This document shows, in pieces, positions 49,391 through 58,064 of a DNA stretch of 64,000 nt; the stretch's first letter is position 1, and every line of letters starts with the position of its first letter. Below the pieces are notes generated by a model. That model did not search any database and was not told the DNA's origin. It was given only the letters and a program-made list of their open reading frames with translations. Source of the DNA: Patescibacteria group bacterium (lineage in GTDB: Bacteria; Patescibacteriota; Minisyncoccia; Phycocordibacterales; PALSA-1337); NCBI GenBank assembly GCA_040388415.1, contig JAZKBV010000001.1, positions 74,369 to 138,368 on the forward strand, in the 5' to 3' direction. Both the position numbers and the translations under genes were made by a program.

Positions 49391-49780
49391 GTGATAGAAA
49401 AACAAAAAAGACCAGTTGCATTAAACAAATTGGTTTCTAAGCTCAATAATCGTGAGTTACGAAAATTTGCTCACGGCGCATTTGTTTCGATTCGAACGCG
49501 GTCACGAAACAAAAATGTTTCTGCGGGAAAGATTTCCTCGCTTGAGAAGCGTATTTTTCTTCGCTGTAAGCGTTTGCATGATCATTTCGAGCAACTTGAA
49601 TACTCCGGTATGTTTCGGGAATCATCCGAATACGAAGAAGTCTTGACTGTGGTGGGCCGTATTCTGAAGCGTTCATTGGATCATACCTATCGCGATGGTG
49701 CCCTTCAAGAATCAGTTGGTTATGTCGTGAGCACTTTCGAAAATCATACCGGTATTATTGTTAGCGTTTTACCGGGCTAG
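49391..49780 (+). CDS. hypothetical protein (GTG start)
   Basis: 129-aa ORF, no motif recognised. Confidence 0.3.
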   Translation: MIEKQKRPVALNKLVSKLNNRELRKFAHGAFVSIRTRSRNKNVSAGKISSLEKRIFLRCKRLHDHFEQLEYSGMFRESSEYEEVLTVVGRILKRSLDHTYRDGALQESVGYVVSTFENHTGIIVSVLPG

Positions 49781-49845
49781 AATCTGTAATCGTTAGTTAT
49801 CAAAGGAAGCAATTAAAACCTGCTTCTTTTTCATTTATGCACCTG

Positions 49846-49854
49846 TTATCCACA
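49846..49854. promoter_or_regulatory. perfect DnaA-box nonamer TTATCCACA upstream of mraZ
   Basis: Exact consensus. Same GCACCTGT flank as the box at 19579. Confidence 0.3.
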
Positions 49855-49974
49855 GATTATTTTATAGGCAAATATACATAGAGTGGGGTAGAATGGTAAC
49901 CAAGTGGGATGAAGTAGGAAATCAGCCGACCTTTCGAGGTACGCTGTTCACCGAAAATTCTCACCATAAACTAT

Positions 49975-50418
49975 ATGCTCATCGGAGAACATCAGCATAC
50001 ATTTGACGACAAAGGTCGCATTTCGCTCCCCGCCAAGTTCCGCAAGGAGCTCGGGTCGACAGTTGTGATCGCGCCAGGCATAGATAACTGTCTGTTCGTG
50101 TTTACAGTAAAGGAGTGGAACACATTCGCGAACCGTTTGTCGACAAATGATAATGCTTCGATGTTGCGCACCGACAATCGTAATTTCAATCGCCTGATTA
50201 TCGGACGGGCGGTTGAAACATCGGTTGATAGTATCGGCCGCATCCTTGTACCAGAGCATTTGAGACAGCATGCAGGTCTCACCGTCGCAACCACGATTAT
50301 CGGCGTTATGAATCGCCTCGAGATCTGGAATGCAGACGTGTGGTCGGCATATCGCACAGAGTTCGGTAAGAAGACTGATGTCATAGCTGAAAAGCTTGCA
50401 TCTGCAGGAGTGATTTAA
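49975..50418 (+). CDS. mraZ: transcriptional regulator MraZ
   Basis: 'HTFDDKGRISLPAKFR' duplicated in the second half ('DSIGRILVPEHLRQHAGL'). Confidence 0.85.
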   Translation: MLIGEHQHTFDDKGRISLPAKFRKELGSTVVIAPGIDNCLFVFTVKEWNTFANRLSTNDNASMLRTDNRNFNRLIIGRAVETSVDSIGRILVPEHLRQHAGLTVATTIIGVMNRLEIWNADVWSAYRTEFGKKTDVIAEKLASAGVI

Positions 50419-50421
50419 GTC

Positions 50422-51441
50422 ATGAAGAACGAAGTAAGTAGTACGGTTCATGTCCCTGTTCTTTTACATGAGATCCTAGAAACATTTCGACAAGAAGTCG
50501 GAAGTTGGAAGTCGGGCGTCAGGGGAGATGCGTCCTCTGGCTCCAGACTTCCAGCTTCTGGAACTTCATTCTGGTATATCGATGGAACACTTGGGGGTGC
50601 GGGGCACGCTCTCGCTCTCGCCAAAGAGTTTCAAAAGATTATGGCAGAAGGCGCGCACACAGGTGCAAAGTTGAATGTTATCGGTTTCGATAGAGATGAT
50701 CAGGCCATTGCGCGTGCTGAGGAATCATTGAAAGGGTTGAGCGACAAGCTTATCCTCGAAAATGAGAACTACCGCAATCTCGATGTCATTCTCGGAAAGC
50801 ATGGCGTGCCAGCAGTTGATTTTATTCTTCTTGATTTGGGTATCTCTTCAGATGAGCTCGATAATTCAGGTAGAGGATTTACTTTCTTGAAAGATGAGCC
50901 ACTCTTGATGACCATGGGAGATCCAGTCAAGCATCCTTTCACTGCAAAAGACATCGTGAACGGATGGAAAGAAGAAGATATAGCGAATGTTATTTTTGGA
51001 TACGGAGAGGATAGATACGCGCGTCGTATTGCAAAGAAGATTGTTGAGTATCGTGAAAAGACAGAGATCAAAACAACGATGGAGCTTGCTGAGATAGTGA
51101 AGAGTGCGGTACCAAAACAGTTTCGCTCGTTCGGCAAGAAAACGATTCATCCCGCAACGAAAACATTTCAAGGATTGCGCATAGCAGTTAACGATGAGCT
51201 CGGTGCACTGAAAGAAGGTTTAACAAAAGGGTATGCGCATTTAGCACCAGGTGGACGCATGGCAGTCATTTCATTTCATAGTCTCGAGGATCGTATTGTT
51301 AAAGAATTTTTTAAGGAGAAAAAAGAAACTGGTAATGCACACATTTTAACTAAGAAACCAGTAACGGCAGTACCGCAAGAGATAGCAGAGAATCCACGAT
51401 CGAGAAGCGCAAAATTACGAATCATAGAAAAAATTAATTAA
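50422..51441 (+). CDS. rsmH: 16S rRNA (cytosine1402-N4)-methyltransferase RsmH (MraW), with a short insertion near the N-terminus
   Basis: 'HVPVLLHEILE', 'YIDGTLGGAGHA', 'ILLDLGISS', 'ISFHSLEDRIVK'. Confidence 0.85.
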   Translation: MKNEVSSTVHVPVLLHEILETFRQEVGSWKSGVRGDASSGSRLPASGTSFWYIDGTLGGAGHALALAKEFQKIMAEGAHTGAKLNVIGFDRDDQAIARAEESLKGLSDKLILENENYRNLDVILGKHGVPAVDFILLDLGISSDELDNSGRGFTFLKDEPLLMTMGDPVKHPFTAKDIVNGWKEEDIANVIFGYGEDRYARRIAKKIVEYREKTEIKTTMELAEIVKSAVPKQFRSFGKKTIHPATKTFQGLRIAVNDELGALKEGLTKGYAHLAPGGRMAVISFHSLEDRIVKEFFKEKKETGNAHILTKKPVTAVPQEIAENPRSRSAKLRIIEKIN

Positions 51442-51450
51442 ACAGAGAAC

Positions 51451-51783
51451 ATGACCAAAGCACTCGCACAAACATATACGACCGTACATACCTATCGCGT
51501 GATGATCATGCGTGTGTTATGTGTTATGTGCGCACTTGCGACGCTCTGGTACGGCATCAACGTTTACTCAGCCATATCGCGTACGATCGCTGCTGAAAAT
51601 ATCTCAAAAGAGGCGAGTGCGCTCAGTAATAGCGTCAACCAGCTCGGTTCTGATTATATAAAACTCTCACACTCTGCTTCACCAAGCGCCCTTTCTCAAT
51701 ATGGCATGAACTTGGGACAAGTTACTGCGTATATTCCTCGCACAACATCAGTCAGCGTTGCTCTTTCGAGCCATGAACTCTAA
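51451..51783 (+). CDS. FtsL-like small membrane protein (by position in the division cluster)
   Basis: Single TM plus short coiled coil, between rsmH and ftsI. Confidence 0.4.
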   Translation: MTKALAQTYTTVHTYRVMIMRVLCVMCALATLWYGINVYSAISRTIAAENISKEASALSNSVNQLGSDYIKLSHSASPSALSQYGMNLGQVTAYIPRTTSVSVALSSHEL

Positions 51784-53482
51784 GCTCCGAAATCGAGCAC
51801 GCTTCGTCCTCATCGCCATCGCTGGCATAGCGCTGCTCATCATCGGTACTCTGTACAAGACACAGGTTATCAAAGGCCAGACATATGCCAATCGTGCTGA
51901 AGCTCAGTACTCTCGTCCCTCAATCTCTATCTTTGATCGTGGCTCTATTCTTTTCCAAACAAAAGAAGGTACCAATGTCGCGGCAGCTTCAATCGCGCGC
52001 GGATATTTTTTGTACCTCAATCCAAAGCTCGTTACGGACGTATCTCAAACGACCGAAGCATTGTCCCAATATGTCACGCTTGATCCAGGTACGTTGGCCA
52101 AAGGTCTCCGTTCTGACGGCTCATATGTCGAATTGACTCATAAGTTGGATAGCAAAGTCGCTGATTCAGTCAGAAGCCTCAAGCTTGCAGGCATCGGCGT
52201 CTCAGCCGAAGCGTGGCGCTCATATCCCGGAGGAACCCTTGCTGCGCACACCCTCGGCCTCATCGGGCAGAATGCGAGTAGTACGATCAAGGGCAGATAT
52301 GGCATCGAGCGATCGTACGATGATGTACTTACGCGTCCATCTCAGGGTGGGGCAGTCAACGTATTCGCAGATCTCTTTAGCGGTCTCGATTCAGTTTTTG
52401 GCACATCGAATGCATATGGCGACGTAGTGACAACCCTCGAGCCGACAGTAGAGACCTATCTTGAAAAAGTGTTGGCTGATACGTCGGCTGAATGGCATCC
52501 TGATTCTATCGGCGGCATTGTCATGGATCCGCAAACAGGGAGTATCGTGGCTCTGGCGTCATTACCGACATTCGATCCAAACGACCTTTCGCATATTTCA
52601 AATGTCTCAGTCCTCTCTGATCCGCTTGTTGAGCATGTATACGAGATGGGATCTATCTTGAAGCCGCTCACTATGGCTGTCGGCCTTGATACCGGCGCTG
52701 TCACGCGCAATTCTACCTATGACGATGTGGGCTGCATGACATTAAATCAAAAAAAGATCTGTAACTATGACGGCAAAGCGCGTGGCGTCATCCCTATGCA
52801 AGAGATTTTGAGCCAATCACTCAACATCGGCGCAGCGACGGTGGCGCTCAAAGTAGGCAAAGATAATATGTCGAAATATTTTTCAAGTTTTGGTTTGGGC
52901 ACAACTACCGGCATTGATCTACCAAATGAGGCAACGGGCATCATCGGCAACCTGACAAAAAAAGGCCAAGACATCGATGTTGCTACAGCATCATATGGTC
53001 AGGGCATTGCCGTGTCTCCAGTGGAGATGGCGCGTGCTCTTGCTATCCTCGCGAATGGAGGATATCTCGTCACTCCGCATGTGGTGCAGGAGATACAGTA
53101 TGTGGATGGCACAAAAAAAGTTTTGGATTGGCCAAAGCAAGGCCCTGTGCTCAAGCCTGAGACTGTCGATACAGTCGGCGATATGTTGCGCACGGTGGTT
53201 GATACGAAGCTCGCTAACGGTAAGCTCAAAATGGAGCACTATACGATAGCCGCAAAGACGGGTACAGCTGAGATCGCTGATCATGTGAACGGAGGATACT
53301 ATAAAGACAGATACCTCCACTCATTCTTCGGTTTTTTTCCGGTGAAGAATCCGAAATACATTATTTTTCTCTATCAAATATATCCAAAGGGGGCGCAGTA
53401 CGCGTCTGAGACGTTGGCTACACCATTCGATGATTTGGCAAAGTTTATGATAAACTATTATAGTGTTACGCCAGATAGGTAA
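51758..53482 (+). CDS. ftsI: penicillin-binding protein 2/3 family transpeptidase (FtsI-like)
   Basis: N-terminal TM. SxxK 'GSILKP', SxN 'SLN', 'KTGTAE'. Confidence 0.8.
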   Translation: MLFRAMNSKLRNRARFVLIAIAGIALLIIGTLYKTQVIKGQTYANRAEAQYSRPSISIFDRGSILFQTKEGTNVAAASIARGYFLYLNPKLVTDVSQTTEALSQYVTLDPGTLAKGLRSDGSYVELTHKLDSKVADSVRSLKLAGIGVSAEAWRSYPGGTLAAHTLGLIGQNASSTIKGRYGIERSYDDVLTRPSQGGAVNVFADLFSGLDSVFGTSNAYGDVVTTLEPTVETYLEKVLADTSAEWHPDSIGGIVMDPQTGSIVALASLPTFDPNDLSHISNVSVLSDPLVEHVYEMGSILKPLTMAVGLDTGAVTRNSTYDDVGCMTLNQKKICNYDGKARGVIPMQEILSQSLNIGAATVALKVGKDNMSKYFSSFGLGTTTGIDLPNEATGIIGNLTKKGQDIDVATASYGQGIAVSPVEMARALAILANGGYLVTPHVVQEIQYVDGTKKVLDWPKQGPVLKPETVDTVGDMLRTVVDTKLANGKLKMEHYTIAAKTGTAEIADHVNGGYYKDRYLHSFFGFFPVKNPKYIIFLYQIYPKGAQYASETLATPFDDLAKFMINYYSVTPDR

Positions 53483-53489
53483 GTTTATT

Positions 53490-53602
53490 ACACAAACCAA
53501 GAACATGTTTCTTCGAGCACGGATATTTTCTTGCTAGAAAATTCCTCGTGTTCGCGCCGACGCGCTCACAAGGCTCTCAGTAAACATGTTCTTAGTTTGT
53601 GT
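53490..53602. repeat. 21-bp inverted repeat (ACACAAACCAAGAACATGTTT / AAACATGTTCTTAGTTTGTGT, 20/21) enclosing a structured 71-nt spacer between ftsI and murF
   Basis: Arms at 53490-53510 and 53582-53602. Spacer contains nested hairpins (ATTTTCT-tgct-AGAAAAT, GCGCcgacGCGC). Confidence 0.5.
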
Positions 53603-53641
53603 TTACTAATTCACGTTTTCTGGTTACTATGTATAAACGTT

Positions 53642-54952
53642 ATGAATTTTCTCAAACAAACGATTATCTGGATATTGACCATCGAATCACGTCTGATTCT
53701 TAAGAAATACAAACCTTTTATCATCGCAGTGACAGGTAGTGTCGGTAAGACGGCTACCAAAGATGCGATTTTTTGCGCCCTCAAATCATCGGGTCATGTA
53801 CGCAAAAGCGACAAGAGCTTTAATAGTGAATTTGGTCTGCCTCTCACTATTATTGGCGTGCCGACAGCGTGGAGAAGCATGTCAGGCTGGATCTCAAATA
53901 TCCAAGCGGGCGCATCACTCATTTTTAAAAAGTCTGAATACCCAAGCACGCTTATTTTGGAAATCGGCGCAGATCATCCAAATGATATTAAAAAGGTGGT
54001 CAAATGGTTGCGTCCTGATATCACTGTCATCACTAAGGTGGGCGACAAGCCAGTGCATGTGGAGTTCTTCGATTCACCCGCACAAGTCTTTGAAGAAAAG
54101 TCATCATTGGTGCGTGCCGTCAAACCAGGTGGCTCAGTAGTGCTTTTTGCTGATGAACCAAAGATAGTGGCTCTCGGTGAGGAGCTTAAAACGAAAGGTG
54201 TTTTTGTGGATACATTCGGTTTCGCTGAAAATTCAACCGTGAAGGGATCAGAATACGCGCCACTTTATGAAATGGTTAATGGGGTGCGAGTACCAGTCGG
54301 TTTTACATTCGCATTGACTGTTGGTTCAGAAAAGAGGCTTATCACGGTTAAAAAAGTGATCGGTCAGACCTTTATGTATCCATTGCTCGCTGCGGTTGCT
54401 GTAGCGCAGGTTCGTAAGATTGATCTGAATGTAGCGATTGAAAATATACATACGTATGAGGCACCAAAGGGCCGTATGAATATCATTGCAGGCAAAAATG
54501 GCGCGACGCTCATCGATGATACATATAACTCTTCGCCTGACGCTGTCTTTGCTGCTCTTGATACGCTCAGTGGTTTGCAGTGTTCAGGAAAAAAGATCGC
54601 AGTGCTCGGCGATATGATGGAGCTCGGTCAGTATTCGGCCGAAGAGCATCGTGCTGTTGGCAAGAAAGTTGTTGGTATCGCAGATATGCTCGTAGCAGTT
54701 GGTCCTCGCGCAAAAACTTTGATGGAGGAAGCGCTTGCGAGTGGTATGAAGTCTAATGCAGTCATATGGTATCCATCATCGACTGATGCTGGTGAAAGCT
54801 TGGCTGGTTCGCTCGGAGCAGGGGATATTGTCCTCATAAAAGGTTCGCAGTCGCCACGTCTCGAGCGAGTGACCAAGGCCCTCATGGCAGATCCGACTCA
54901 AGCAGAAGCTCTCCTTGTGCGACAAGAGAAAGAGTGGCTTGAAAAGAAATAA
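53642..54952 (+). CDS. murF: UDP-N-acetylmuramoyl-tripeptide--D-alanyl-D-alanine ligase
   Basis: Start set to MNFLKQT (the listed ORF runs through the structured spacer). 'IIAVTGSVGKTATK', 'NSEFGLPLTIIG', 'DDTYNSSPD'. Confidence 0.8.
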   Translation: MNFLKQTIIWILTIESRLILKKYKPFIIAVTGSVGKTATKDAIFCALKSSGHVRKSDKSFNSEFGLPLTIIGVPTAWRSMSGWISNIQAGASLIFKKSEYPSTLILEIGADHPNDIKKVVKWLRPDITVITKVGDKPVHVEFFDSPAQVFEEKSSLVRAVKPGGSVVLFADEPKIVALGEELKTKGVFVDTFGFAENSTVKGSEYAPLYEMVNGVRVPVGFTFALTVGSEKRLITVKKVIGQTFMYPLLAAVAVAQVRKIDLNVAIENIHTYEAPKGRMNIIAGKNGATLIDDTYNSSPDAVFAALDTLSGLQCSGKKIAVLGDMMELGQYSAEEHRAVGKKVVGIADMLVAVGPRAKTLMEEALASGMKSNAVIWYPSSTDAGESLAGSLGAGDIVLIKGSQSPRLERVTKALMADPTQAEALLVRQEKEWLEKK

Positions 54953-55021
54953 AACCGCCCGTAAAAAGTGCAAAGTACAGAAAAGTGTGTTAATATTTTT
55001 CTGCTCAAGTCTAAAAGCTTC

Positions 55022-55093
55022 GGCCCTATCGTCTATCGGCTAGGACACCGCCTTCTCAAGGCAGTAAGCAGGGTTCGACTCCCTGTAGGGTCA
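55022..55093 (+). tRNA. tRNA-Glu (anticodon CTC; one C-A mismatch in anticodon stem)
   Basis: Close to the canonical tRNA-Glu scaffold (GTCTA..GGCTAGGACACCGCC...GGTTCGACTCCC). Loop TTCTCAA. Confidence 0.7.
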
Positions 55094-55100
55094 CACGACC

Positions 55101-55132
55101 AAAATGCGCTGGATATATTCCAGCGCATTTTG
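55101..55132 (+). terminator. rho-independent terminator after tRNA-Glu
   Basis: ATGCGCTGGA-tatat-TCCAGCGCAT followed by TTTTG. Confidence 0.55.
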
Positions 55133-55234
55133 CGTCGCAGGTGATCGCTAAATGCGAGAGTCGAAAGCCGGAGCGAGCGAAGGCGAGTGAGGCGGGGTCG
55201 CGGGTCGAGCCAGCAGGCGAGAACCTGTGACCGT

Positions 55235-55249
55235 CCCTGTAGGGTCACA
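55235..55249 (+). repeat. 15-nt direct repeat of tRNA-Glu 3' end (CCCTGTAGGGTCACA; first copy 55081-55095), att-remnant-like
   Basis: Exact 15-mer repeated 154 nt downstream of the tRNA. A further T-loop-like TTCGACTCCC copy lies at 55301-55310. The interval is GC-rich. Confidence 0.5.
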
Positions 55250-55427
55250 ACGAACGAAGTGAGTACCGCGCGAAGGAAGACTGTACTGAAGCTGTAAGCT
55301 TCGACTCCCAGCAAATCTTCAAACTTATCCACTTTGTAGCATATCCTCTCATAAATGGAGGAGTATACTTACAGTAGAAAACGTTATAGGAATAATCCTG
55401 TAACACAAGCGAAAGCGAAGGTGTTCT

Positions 55428-56252
55428 ATGAAAACTAGTATCGCCCCTCAAGTTCCATCCGGTGTCGAATTGGTCGCATTCGCTGCTACGCAGGTGCTCG
55501 CTTTGGATTACAACCCCGAAGCGCTTGCGCAGGCTGAGCAGAAGAAAAAGAGCCTCGTTCGTTTCAAGCGCAACCTACTGCCGATCGAAAATCCTGATCC
55601 TGTTGAAAATCAACTCGGTCAGATTCTCGAAACTACCAGCAAGATGCGTTCACAGCAGGTCATCACACGGGTGTTCGAAGGCAAGTTTCAGCTTCTCGAT
55701 CCATCCGTGTTTGATATCCGCGACGCCCAAGGCATGCCGCGATTGATGCCGTTCAAGGTTTCAGTGCCACAGTCAGGTTTTATTTACCGGACAGAGGAAA
55801 CAACGGATTTTACCGGGTCTCGTATCCGTAACAGTCAGCAAGTCCGTTGCGGTATGTTCCCGAACTTTCCGGTTCATATCACCGAGCACTACCTCGATAT
55901 CATTGAACGGGTGAAAATCCGTGGCCAGCATCATGTGGGCAACGCTCGTCTCAAGGTTCCAGTCTTCACGACACAAAATGTGGAGCTCAAGCTGATTACC
56001 CGCTTCGGGGGTTACATTCCGGAGGAGGTCAAATGGGAAATGGTTCATGCGTGGACATCGCGCCTCTTTCAGGAACTGTTTATTGTTTCAGAAGTTTGCG
56101 ACTGGCAGGAAAATCTGGTTGTTGAATCACGCCAGGGCGACCCGCTCGTTGTCGGCTATGACGGTTATCAATTCTGGCTTATCGCCGCATTTGATACCAC
56201 GACGCTCGAACAAGCTGTGCAGGATGAATTCTGCACCAAAGTTGGCAATTGA
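55428..56252 (+). CDS. hypothetical protein (GC- and codon-shifted, probable horizontally acquired cargo gene)
   Basis: 274-aa ORF, about 53% GC with G/C-ending codons. No motif recognised. Confidence 0.4.
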   Translation: MKTSIAPQVPSGVELVAFAATQVLALDYNPEALAQAEQKKKSLVRFKRNLLPIENPDPVENQLGQILETTSKMRSQQVITRVFEGKFQLLDPSVFDIRDAQGMPRLMPFKVSVPQSGFIYRTEETTDFTGSRIRNSQQVRCGMFPNFPVHITEHYLDIIERVKIRGQHHVGNARLKVPVFTTQNVELKLITRFGGYIPEEVKWEMVHAWTSRLFQELFIVSEVCDWQENLVVESRQGDPLVVGYDGYQFWLIAAFDTTTLEQAVQDEFCTKVGN

Positions 56253-56267
56253 ATCATTACAACATCA

Positions 56268-56294
56268 AAGCTCTGCAGCAATGCAGAGCTTTTT
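56268..56294 (+). terminator. rho-independent terminator
   Basis: AAGCTCTGCA-gcaa-TGCAGAGCTT followed by TTTT. Confidence 0.55.
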
Positions 56295-56357
56295 AATTTC
56301 CCTCCTGTTTCTGAGCTGGTCTAACGGTTCTCTACAATACTTTGTTATACTTATTTC

Positions 56358-56891
56358 ATGAATCCCTGGAAGCTAGCCACTGCAATCATCATAAGTCTCT
56401 ACTACGCCTACTACCTCAACGCAGATCCATCTCACACCTACGCTACCTGGAATATCATCGATAGCCTTGACCTCGTCATCCATGAAGCAGGACACTTCAT
56501 CTTCATGTTCTTTGGGCAATTCATGCACGTGCTCGGCGGTTCACTCACTCAAATTCTATTACCAGTCATTTTTGTGGGCTACTTCTTCCTTCGTCGAGAA
56601 TATTTTTCAGCATCGCTCCTCTTGTTCTGGGTTGGACAAAATATCATCAATGTTTCTATTTACCTCGGCGATTCTGTCCTACAACAACTACCTCTCCTCG
56701 GTGGTGATGGGGTCATGCATGATTGGAACTACCTTTTGTCGACCACTGGTCTGCTCGGACAAACAAATGTTTTATTCCATATGAGCTACGGCATCGGCGT
56801 TTTGACGCTCATTTGTGCGGGTGCCTCGAGTGTCTGGTTTTCCCTTGGTGCTACAGCGCAAGGGAAGGTGCGTGCTATACTCACATCATGA
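56358..56891 (+). CDS. small polytopic membrane protein with HEXXH...GGDG motifs (possible minimal site-2-protease/M50-like intramembrane metalloprotease)
   Basis: 'VIHEAGHFIFMFFG' in or next to TM2 and 'LPLLGGDGVMHDW' later. Compare HExxH / LDG of the M50 family. Confidence 0.35.
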   Translation: MNPWKLATAIIISLYYAYYLNADPSHTYATWNIIDSLDLVIHEAGHFIFMFFGQFMHVLGGSLTQILLPVIFVGYFFLRREYFSASLLLFWVGQNIINVSIYLGDSVLQQLPLLGGDGVMHDWNYLLSTTGLLGQTNVLFHMSYGIGVLTLICAGASSVWFSLGATAQGKVRAILTS

Positions 56892-57070
56892 TAATCCTTC
56901 CCATCATCACTCTCATCCTTAGTTTGATCGGCCTCGGCTGGTCTGTATTCATCATAGTATCTATGATGTTCAATGGCGATGGTAATCTCGTATTATTTAT
57001 TCCATTTATTTTCTTTACAGCTCTGACTATCTATAGTCTGAAATGGCTCAAAAAAGCACGTAATAAATAG
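56887..57070 (+). CDS. 61-aa two-TM membrane protein, translationally coupled (ATGA overlap) to the upstream gene
   Basis: Start ATG overlaps the upstream stop. Hydrophobic, basic C-terminus. Confidence 0.3.
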
Positions 57071-57074
57071 ACGC

Positions 57075-57395
57075 CTAAAGCTCACCCCTAATAAATTTTT
57101 CCATCTCACCTTCAGGCAAATCGAGCGCGTGCTTAGTCGAAGCAAAATCAAATGTGCTCTTGCGAGGGTTGGTGAAGACGTGAAATAGTTTGGTCTGTTT
57201 GACGACATCACGACCGTATTTTTTGTCCATAATGCTCAAGAAAGCAGTTATCTTTTCATGTGCTGGCACGAGATTTGCGCCACTCATTTTTTCGATGACG
57301 ATCTCACGAAGCTTGGCAATAGTATCAGCCTCTAACTGTTGCTCAGGATTTTGAGTAGCATCTTCAATAAAAGGATTGTGTTCATGTGATTCCAT
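57075..57395 (-). CDS. hypothetical protein
   Basis: Start set at MESHEHN. No motif. Confidence 0.3.
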   Translation of the reverse strand: MESHEHNPFIEDATQNPEQQLEADTIAKLREIVIEKMSGANLVPAHEKITAFLSIMDKKYGRDVVKQTKLFHVFTNPRKSTFDFASTKHALDLPEGEMEKFIRGEL

Positions 57396-57476
57396 GCCTC
57401 CAGTATACCTCAATGTAAGAAAATCGTCCTTCATCCGTCAATTGCCACTGAGTGGTGTCCTACTCAATTCATAGAC

Positions 57477-58010
57477 ATGAAAACCATCATATACAACCGC
57501 ATAGCCACATTTTGTGCGGTAGCGGTCAGCACCGCGGTTTTCGTGTTGCTACTTTTGTCGATCAGTACGCCTCACCAAGCTGAAGCACAGACATCCAACT
57601 ATTATGGGGGAAATTATAACAATCAATATCAGCAGCCATACTGGTGGTATTGGCGCTGGCCATACTATCAACCTCCATACCAACAGCCGCCTCAGTACGC
57701 ACCGCTCCGTATCTCATGTTCGCCAAATACTTCAAATGTGATGGTTGGTGCATCAGTCCAATGGCGCGCCTATCCATCTGGCGGCACAGGATCATATTCA
57801 TACTCATGGAGCGGTGAAGGCATATACAGCGAATCAAATTCAAGTAATGCCGTTGCGTACTATTCATATCCTGGTTCAAAGTATGCGTACGTGACGGTCA
57901 CCTCGGGAAATCAGGTTGCCTCAGCGTATTGTGGCAATGTGTATGTTCAGCAACCGTATATACAACCTTACCCATATCCGTACCCGTATCCCTATCCGCG
58001 TCCGTGGTAG
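57477..58010 (+). CDS. secreted protein: PKD-like Ig domain flanked by Tyr/Pro/Gln-rich low-complexity repeats
   Basis: Signal or TM N-terminus. 'QQPYWWYWRWPYYQPPYQQPPQY'. PKD-like 'YSYSWSGEG...YSYPGSKYAYVTVTSGN'. C-terminus 'PYPYPYPYPYPRPW'. Confidence 0.4.
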   Translation: MKTIIYNRIATFCAVAVSTAVFVLLLLSISTPHQAEAQTSNYYGGNYNNQYQQPYWWYWRWPYYQPPYQQPPQYAPLRISCSPNTSNVMVGASVQWRAYPSGGTGSYSYSWSGEGIYSESNSSNAVAYYSYPGSKYAYVTVTSGNQVASAYCGNVYVQQPYIQPYPYPYPYPYPRPW

Positions 58011-58064
58011 ATAAGCGCGTCGAAATAGTTCCTATTCTAGCCTATTTCTGTTACTATTTCACTC

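Noticed and set aside
53531-53641. N-terminal extension of murF ORF
   Set aside because: It runs through the inverted-repeat structured spacer and has no MurF homology. The MurF N-terminus aligns from the Met at 53642.
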